Source of the DNA: an uncultured Verrucomicrobiae bacterium | GTDB lineage: Bacteria; Chlamydiota; Chlamydiia; Chlamydiales; Rhabdochlamydiaceae | Assembly (NCBI GenBank): GCA_963731265.1 | Contig: CAVSUE010000001.1 | Span: forward strand, 1,824,001 to 1,888,000 | Length of the DNA: 64,000 bases | Direction: 5' to 3' | Part shown: positions 58,222 to 64,000 of the stretch, piece after piece | How positions within the stretch are numbered: the first letter of the stretch is position 1 | How the letters are laid out: each line of letters begins with the position of its first letter | Translations under genes and position numbers: made by a program | Notes under the pieces: generated by a model | The model's database searches: none | What the model was told of the DNA's origin: nothing | What the model saw: the letters and a program-made list of their open reading frames with translations, nothing else

Positions 58222-58402
58222 TACTGCTGACAGTTGAAAGTTATAGAAAATTTCAATTTCAGCGCTTCAATTTTTTGTTTGTTGAAGGAGACCATGTCCA
58301 AGCACTTGGTCGATCGAAACGAACAAAAAGGGCGTCGCAAACGACGGCGGTAAGTGAAGATGCTGAAGCAGGAATTTTCATAACTTTCAAGTGGAAGCAG
58401 TA
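58222..58402. mobile_element. Family C MITE-like element, TA-flanked, directly upstream of cdsN
   Basis: Ends TACTGCTGACAGTTGAAAGTTATAGAAAATT / AATTTTCATAACTTTCAAGTGGAAGCAGTA, with TA on both sides. Confidence 0.8.
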
Positions 58403-58408
58403 TAAATC

Positions 58409-59725
58409 ATGGACCAGCCTCCGGATTTCGAAAAGTTAATTACCCACCTGGATGAAATCGAGCTGACGACCGTGCATGGCCGCATCACGGAAGTTGTCGG
58501 CATGCTAATCAAAGCCGTCGTTCCTCAAGTGAAGATGAGCGAAGTGGTCATGATCAAGCGCGATGGCGAGCCGCTTATGGCGGAAGTCGTCGGCTTCACG
58601 CGGGATGAGGTCTATCTTTCCCCGCTTGGAGAAATGTCGGGAATAGGGCCTTCATCGGAAGTCATTCCGCTGCGCATGCCGATGCATATTAAAGTGGGGC
58701 CAGGCCTCTTAGGAAGGGTCTTGAACGGCCTTGGCAAGCCGCTTGATACGGATACCAAAGGGCCTTTACTCGTCGAAGAAAGCTACCCCGTCATCGGCCC
58801 CCCTCCCGATCCTTTGAAACGGCAAATGATCAAAGAACCGATCTCCGTGGGGGTCCGCTGTATCGATGGCGTCCTCACCTGCGGGAAAGGGCAACGGATG
58901 GGGATTTTCGCCGCAGCAGGTGGCGGCAAATCGACCTTGTTGGGGATGATCGCCCGCAACGCCCGGGCCGATGTCAATGTCATTTCATTGATCGGCGAAC
59001 GGGGCCGCGAGGTGCGCGAGTTTCTGGAAAACGATCTGGGCACCGAAGGCATGGCCAGGTCTGTCGTCATCGTCTCAACGTCCGATCAAGCCGCTCAACT
59101 GAGGATCAACGCCGCTTATGTCGGTACAGCGATCGCCGAGTATTTCCGGGAGCAGGGAAAAACCGTCATTTTAATGATGGACTCGGTCACGCGTTTTGCC
59201 CGCGCTTTACGCGAGATCGGCCTCGCTGCAGGCGAACCTCCTGCCCGCGCCGGATTTACCCCGTCGGTCTTCGCCACCCTTCCCCGGCTCCTTGAACGGT
59301 CTGGAAATTCAGAGAAAGGCTCGATGACAGCCTTTTACACCATTCTCGTGGCCGGGGATGATATGAATGAACCCGTTTCCGATGAGACCCGTTCGATCCT
59401 CGACGGCCATATTATCCTTTCCTCAGAACTGGCCAGGCAGTACCACTACCCGGCTATCGATGTCCTTGGATCGATCAGCCGTATCTTGCCGCACATCATC
59501 GACAAAGAACACCTGCAGCTTGTAGGGAAGGTACGGGAGGTCCTCGCCAACTATAAGAAAAATGAACTGTTGATCCGCATCGGGGAATATAAACCCGGCT
59601 CCGATAAAGGGGCTGATTTTGCGATCAAGTACATCGATAAAGTCAACCGTTTCCTAAGGCAGCTCATCGACGAAAAATCGAGCTTCGAAGAAACCTTGCA
59701 GCAGCTAAAAGCTCTTTTTAGGTAA
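58409..59725 (+). CDS. cdsN: T3SS ATPase
   Basis: [55 protein letters not shown]. Confidence 0.96.
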   Translation: MDQPPDFEKLITHLDEIELTTVHGRITEVVGMLIKAVVPQVKMSEVVMIKRDGEPLMAEVVGFTRDEVYLSPLGEMSGIGPSSEVIPLRMPMHIKVGPGLLGRVLNGLGKPLDTDTKGPLLVEESYPVIGPPPDPLKRQMIKEPISVGVRCIDGVLTCGKGQRMGIFAAAGGGKSTLLGMIARNARADVNVISLIGERGREVREFLENDLGTEGMARSVVIVSTSDQAAQLRINAAYVGTAIAEYFREQGKTVILMMDSVTRFARALREIGLAAGEPPARAGFTPSVFATLPRLLERSGNSEKGSMTAFYTILVAGDDMNEPVSDETRSILDGHIILSSELARQYHYPAIDVLGSISRILPHIIDKEHLQLVGKVREVLANYKKNELLIRIGEYKPGSDKGADFAIKYIDKVNRFLRQLIDEKSSFEETLQQLKALFR

Positions 59726-59735
59726 ATTTTTTTTC

Positions 59736-60275
59736 ATGGAAGAATCCTCTAAACACTATCCTCTTGAGCAGATCGCAATCATCAAACAAAAAAAGCTCGA
59801 TGAGGCCGAAAGGGTCCTCCGCGAGAAAAAAAAGGCCTTGGAGCGGGAAGAAGAAAAATTGGCTGTCGTCGAGAAAGAACGGAACGAAGTCAAAGACCAT
59901 CGATTTGCCAAACTCACCCAACTGCGCGAAAAAATGGACGAAGGTGCCCCTTCCGACAAGATCCAGCAAATGCGTTACTACCTAAAAGTCGTCGATGAAA
60001 AACTGAAAGCCAAAGAAATCAAAGTCAAAGAACAGCAAAAACAAGTGGAAACAGCTAAGCAGCAGGTGGAAGCCGCCCGCAAAGATCTTGTTAAAAAACA
60101 GCAAGACGTTGAAAAGATCCAGACCCACCGCAATGAATGGGAAAAAGAAATGCACGCCCTGGCCGAGCACAAAGAAGCCCTTGAAACGGACGAAATGGGT
60201 TCCGTACTCCACCAACGCCGCCAAGTCGCCAGCAAAAAAGCCCACTCTCACTCCAAAAAAAAGAAACACCATTAA
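59736..60275 (+). CDS. cdsO: T3SS stalk protein (SctO), coiled coil
   Basis: YPLEQIAIIKQKKLDEAER; long coiled coil ending ETDEMG; follows cdsN. Confidence 0.85.
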   Translation: MEESSKHYPLEQIAIIKQKKLDEAERVLREKKKALEREEEKLAVVEKERNEVKDHRFAKLTQLREKMDEGAPSDKIQQMRYYLKVVDEKLKAKEIKVKEQQKQVETAKQQVEAARKDLVKKQQDVEKIQTHRNEWEKEMHALAEHKEALETDEMGSVLHQRRQVASKKAHSHSKKKKHH

Positions 60276-60358
60276 AAATTTGTTTGTCCTTAATTCGGGT
60301 GGTTCTGGACTTTTGTCTGCGCTGTGGGGTATAGCTTGGAATAAAGGCATGTTTTTTT

Positions 60359-61744
60359 ATGGTGGATGTGAGCAAAGTTGAAGGGCCTTCCGGCTCTCCA
60401 GAAAGTTTTGGGAAAAAAGATAAGGGTTCCGTCGAGGGTGACAAATTCAAAGATGCGATGCGCAAGCGGGTCACCGAAGTAAGCCAAATCGATCCCGACG
60501 AACAAAAAAAACGTAAGCGGCGTGAAGAGGCTGAAGAAGAAGAACCGGCCGAAGGGACGAGCACTGGCCCCGCGACTACCCCTTCCCAAGTTACGCCTTT
60601 TTCTCTCGAGAAAGAGCAAAAAAAAGTCAGCCCCTTAGACATGCAGGGGCCTGGGACTCCCCCTACAGAATCTGCCCAAAAGGTCTCGATGACTGCCCCT
60701 TCGTCAGAGGAAATGGCCGATGATTCCGGAATGCTGGAAGAGGAAGCCTTCCTAGAAAATATTCCAAGCCCGATTTCCGTGGGTGACATGACGGAACGTT
60801 CTATTTCCCAACCTCCCCTTTCGACTCCTCAACCCCCCGTTTCTGAAGGGATGGCCCCTCCAACGAGACAGCCTTCTGTGGCTGCGGCCGCGGAATCAGG
60901 ACAGGAAACAGGACAGCGGCCTCCGGGCAGGCAGCCCTCTCGCCCTCCGGTCGGGCCCCCTCCCGAAAAAAAACCGACCGCTAAGGGGATGGGGCTTGGA
61001 TCGGGACGCCCGCAAGAGCCAAAACAGGCATCCCCTGTTCCAGAAAAAAAAGGCACGACTGGCGCGGAATTAGAACAAACCTCGCTCGCAAAAGCAAGAG
61101 ACACTTCAGGATTTTTTGAACAGCTTGGCCAAGAAGGAGGAGAAAAGGAGGGCAAACCCACAAAAACTCCTGAAGAATTGGCTCAAGAAGCCGCACTTCA
61201 AGAGGCTGTCCCTGCCCAGCCTCCTCCGTTTGCCCCTACACCGGAAGGGGAAAAAAAAGAAAAGCCTGGTGAGGAGCCGGGGTTAGGCGCTTCCCCAGCA
61301 ATCCCTGGAGAACTCCCCGGCATTGCCCTTCCGCCAGCCACGCCCGAGGCTTTGCCATCTTATGCCAATATCCACCCTCAAGTCATGGAACTTTTTGACA
61401 GAATGGTCGGGGTGATGACTGTCATGTCGATGTCAGGCATTACAGAAACAGTGATTACTTTAAACTCCCCTCAATTTGCCTCTTCTGTTTTTTTCGGGAG
61501 TCAAATTATAATCCAAGAGTACAGCACAGCCCCTCAAGCTTATAACATCCAACTTATCGGGACACCTCAAGCAGTAGCACTTTTTCAAGGCAATGCCGAG
61601 GATTTGATGGCGGCATTTCAAGCGGGCAACTATAATTTCCGTGTCAACCGGCTGGAAACGGGTCATTTGACCGATCGCCCTTTGTTTAAGCGCAAAGAGA
61701 AGGCTGGGGGAGAAAAAGACGCAGGAGGAGGAACCCAATCATGA
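60359..61744 (+). CDS. SctP/CdsP-like ruler protein, long form (461 aa)
   Basis: Position between cdsO and cdsQ; long Pro/Glu-rich disordered middle; globular C-terminal domain QVMELFDRMVGVMTVM...EYSTAPQAYNIQL...NFRVNRLET. Confidence 0.7.
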   Translation: MVDVSKVEGPSGSPESFGKKDKGSVEGDKFKDAMRKRVTEVSQIDPDEQKKRKRREEAEEEEPAEGTSTGPATTPSQVTPFSLEKEQKKVSPLDMQGPGTPPTESAQKVSMTAPSSEEMADDSGMLEEEAFLENIPSPISVGDMTERSISQPPLSTPQPPVSEGMAPPTRQPSVAAAAESGQETGQRPPGRQPSRPPVGPPPEKKPTAKGMGLGSGRPQEPKQASPVPEKKGTTGAELEQTSLAKARDTSGFFEQLGQEGGEKEGKPTKTPEELAQEAALQEAVPAQPPPFAPTPEGEKKEKPGEEPGLGASPAIPGELPGIALPPATPEALPSYANIHPQVMELFDRMVGVMTVMSMSGITETVITLNSPQFASSVFFGSQIIIQEYSTAPQAYNIQLIGTPQAVALFQGNAEDLMAAFQAGNYNFRVNRLETGHLTDRPLFKRKEKAGGEKDAGGGTQS

Positions 61745-62451
61745 ATCCAGTATTGCCGCAAGTTCTATTACGCAAGGTTTCCCCAGAGTCGCAAGAAGCG
61801 CCGGAAGGCCATGCCTCTGATGGGCATTTTCGGGAATTGTTGAAAACTATGCCCGTCGATGAGAACCTTCGCGAGAAAGACTTGTTTGCATTGATTGAGG
61901 AAGAAGAAGCTGAAGAAATTGTGGAAGGAGCTCCGGTCGTTCCGTTCCCTATCCGTTCTTCTCCTGAACAAAAAAAAGAAGGAATCGATGCGCGCATGGC
62001 CGCCATGCCTGCCAATATCCCTCTGCCGTTTTTCTCTTCTTTTTCAAATACGCCTTCTACAACACAGAGTTCTTTATTTCCTCAAATCCAAGCGTTGTTT
62101 GAAAAAATGGCCTCGACAATGATTGTGATGGAGACATCGGGAGAAACGGAAACAACTTTATTTCTCGACAGCCCGCAATTCTCTTCTTCGGTTTTATTCG
62201 GCACAAAAATCACCATCCGCGAATTCAGCACGGCCCCAAAAGCGTTTAACGTCGAAATTGTCGCCTCGCCGCTGGCAATCAACACCATCGACCCTTGCAA
62301 AAACGATCTTTTGGCAGCTTTTCAAAAAAGCCATTTCAACTTTTCCATACATCGTTTTGAAACTCATCTTCACACAGACGACCGTCCCGTATTGCACAGA
62401 AAAGAAAACAGCGATGGCGATCAACAAGAAAGCGACGGAGGCCGTCAATGA
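61741..62451 (+). CDS. SctP/CdsP-like paralogue, short form (236 aa)
   Basis: Same C-terminal domain QIQALFEKMASTMIVM...EFSTAPKAFNVEI...NFSIHRFET; ATGA overlaps on both sides. Confidence 0.7.
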   Translation: MNPVLPQVLLRKVSPESQEAPEGHASDGHFRELLKTMPVDENLREKDLFALIEEEEAEEIVEGAPVVPFPIRSSPEQKKEGIDARMAAMPANIPLPFFSSFSNTPSTTQSSLFPQIQALFEKMASTMIVMETSGETETTLFLDSPQFSSSVLFGTKITIREFSTAPKAFNVEIVASPLAINTIDPCKNDLLAAFQKSHFNFSIHRFETHLHTDDRPVLHRKENSDGDQQESDGGRQ

Positions 62452-63656
62452 TCCAGGCGCCTCTTGATTGGGTCAAAGAAATCCATCTCGCTCTCATCGA
62501 AGCTAAAGAAATCCCCCTTCATGGATTCGCACCGGCTTTTCCATGGGAGGAATGTTCCCGAAAAATCGCTTCCGCTTTGGAAATGCCAGAATTGAGAATT
62601 TCATTTCGACAAACAAAATTTTTAATCCACGACAAAATATTTGAAGGCCTTGGCGCTGGATTTATCGCCATCCCTTTGGAAATGGCTCCATTGAGCGGAA
62701 AAGTGTTCTGGATCATAGCAAAAGAAGATGTGGCAAAATTGACAGCCCTCCTGTTAATTCCCGGGAACGGGACCAAAGGGTTTTCCTCGCCCAAATTTCA
62801 AGAAGGATTTTATTATTTTCTTGCTACGAAAGCACTTGCTGCCATTCATGAACTCAATGCATTTGGCGATCTCTCGCCAAAGATCGCGAAACCCGCCGAA
62901 TTTCCCCCAGAAGAATCTCTCTGCATCGATGTCGAAATCCAACACCCGAAACAGACTTGCTGGGGAAGGCTCGTCTGCCCAGCATCTTTTCATCAAGAAT
63001 TTAAAGCCCACTTTTGCAATCGGGAACCGGCCCCATTGACCAGCGCATTCGCCAAACAGATCGATGTCCCGATCCGAGTCGAAGTCGGTCAAACGGCGCT
63101 CTCTTTAACGGAATGGAAAAATGTATCCGTCGGGGATTTCATTCTCTTGGACCGATGCACCTTTGATCCTCAAACGCATAAAGGGACGGCTATGCTGAGA
63201 CTCCTCAAGACGCCTATTCTGCGCGCGAGGTTGAAGGAAAACACTTTAAAAATTGTCGATTACGCTTTTTACCGCGAGGAACAAAAACCCATGAATCCCC
63301 ATATGCCTCAAGATGATGAAAAACCCGAAGAAATTTCTGAAGAAGTCGAATTCACTTCAGAAGAAAGCGGTGAGATAGGAACTGAGGAAAATCATCTTTG
63401 GTCCGCCGAAAGCGCTGAAGCGATGAGCGAAAAGATGATACCTGCCAGCGAAATTCCTCTCACGTTGACCGTGGAGGTCGCCCGCTTGCGGATCAATCTC
63501 GATAAGCTTCTGCAACTTTCTCCGGGGAATATCCTTGAGCTTCCGATCAAACCCGAACAGGGGGTGGATCTGACCGTCGATGGCAAAAAAGTCGCTAAAG
63601 CAGAGCTGATCAAATTAGGCGACATGCTCGGTGTGAAAATCCTTCAACTAGGCTAA
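62448..63656 (+). CDS. cdsQ: T3SS C-ring/sorting platform protein (SctQ)
   Basis: Two SPOA domains: RVEVGQTALSLTEWKNVSVGDFILLD and LTVEVARLRINLDKLLQLSPGNILEL...AELIKLGDMLGVKILQLG. Confidence 0.92.
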   Translation: MIQAPLDWVKEIHLALIEAKEIPLHGFAPAFPWEECSRKIASALEMPELRISFRQTKFLIHDKIFEGLGAGFIAIPLEMAPLSGKVFWIIAKEDVAKLTALLLIPGNGTKGFSSPKFQEGFYYFLATKALAAIHELNAFGDLSPKIAKPAEFPPEESLCIDVEIQHPKQTCWGRLVCPASFHQEFKAHFCNREPAPLTSAFAKQIDVPIRVEVGQTALSLTEWKNVSVGDFILLDRCTFDPQTHKGTAMLRLLKTPILRARLKENTLKIVDYAFYREEQKPMNPHMPQDDEKPEEISEEVEFTSEESGEIGTEENHLWSAESAEAMSEKMIPASEIPLTLTVEVARLRINLDKLLQLSPGNILELPIKPEQGVDLTVDGKKVAKAELIKLGDMLGVKILQLG

Positions 63657-63657
63657 A

Positions 63658-64000
63658 ATGACAGGCTCTTTTTATAAACAAAATACTCTTCCCGACATGA
63701 TTTCAGGGGAAGAGGAGCCTGCTGTTCCTGCGATGATCGGACCTTATAAAATCGAAAGCCTCTTTAACAAAGGAGGCATGAGCCTGCTCTATCTTGGGCT
63801 TGACCTCGAGACAAAAAAAGCCCTCATCATCAAAGTCCTTTCCCCCTCTTACGTTGCGCATTCCGAGGCCGTGAATCGATTTTTAAATGAAGCAAAGGCC
63901 ATTGCCCTGACCAATCATCCCAACATCGTTAAGCTTTACGGCCAAGGCCAATGGGAAAAAGGGCTTTACATTGCCATGGAGCTGATCCATGGCATCTCCC
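63658..64000 (+). CDS. pkn5: Ser/Thr kinase-like protein Pkn5 (3' end runs off the window; absent from the ORF track)
   Basis: Hand translation: MTGSFYKQNTLPD...IGPYKIESLFNKGGMSLLYLG...IIKVLSP...RFLNEAKAIALTNHPNIVKLYG...YIAMELIHG; follows cdsQ. Confidence 0.85.
   Translation, partial: MTGSFYKQNTLPDMISGEEEPAVPAMIGPYKIESLFNKGGMSLLYLGLDLETKKALIIKVLSPSYVAHSEAVNRFLNEAKAIALTNHPNIVKLYGQGQWEKGLYIAMELIHGIS

Overview
This window is chromosomal DNA from an environmental Chlamydiae-type bacterium. The gene content and order resemble the Chlamydia CT653-CT673 and CT705-CT710 regions; that comparison is from recall, not from a search. Core genes: hemA, recX, an RluD-family pseudouridine synthase, khpA, dapB, kdsA-lptC-like-lptA-like-lptB, ndk, pckG-mreB-SNF2 helicase, clpX-clpP-tig, tRNA-Arg(TCT) and three tRNA-Gly. 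The right end holds the type III secretion (T3SS) cluster scc4-cdsD-E-F-G-(I-like)-N-O-P-P'-Q-pkn5. Accessory content: a two-partner secretion cluster (two TpsA, TpsB, a serine hydrolase and an Lpg1974-like porin), an F-box/WD40 protein, GT9 and GT90 glycosyltransferases, a glycine-rich autotransporter and several orphan effector candidates. Most notable observations: (1) T3SS parts appear in alternative forms, namely two tandem ruler-like (SctP) paralogues of 461 and 236 aa, an orphan shortened CdsC-like secretin and a chaperone-less EspA-like/SctE/SctB operon; (2) an 886-aa, strongly remodelled CBS-containing family II pyrophosphatase-like protein; (3) a C45/Ntn hydrolase whose beta-subunit segments are in swapped order; (4) six families (10 copies) of palindromic MITE-like elements, six copies of which sit on stop codons; (5) a tRNA-Gly expansion with a probable anticodon shift. 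All homology calls come from motif recognition by eye; no searches were run.
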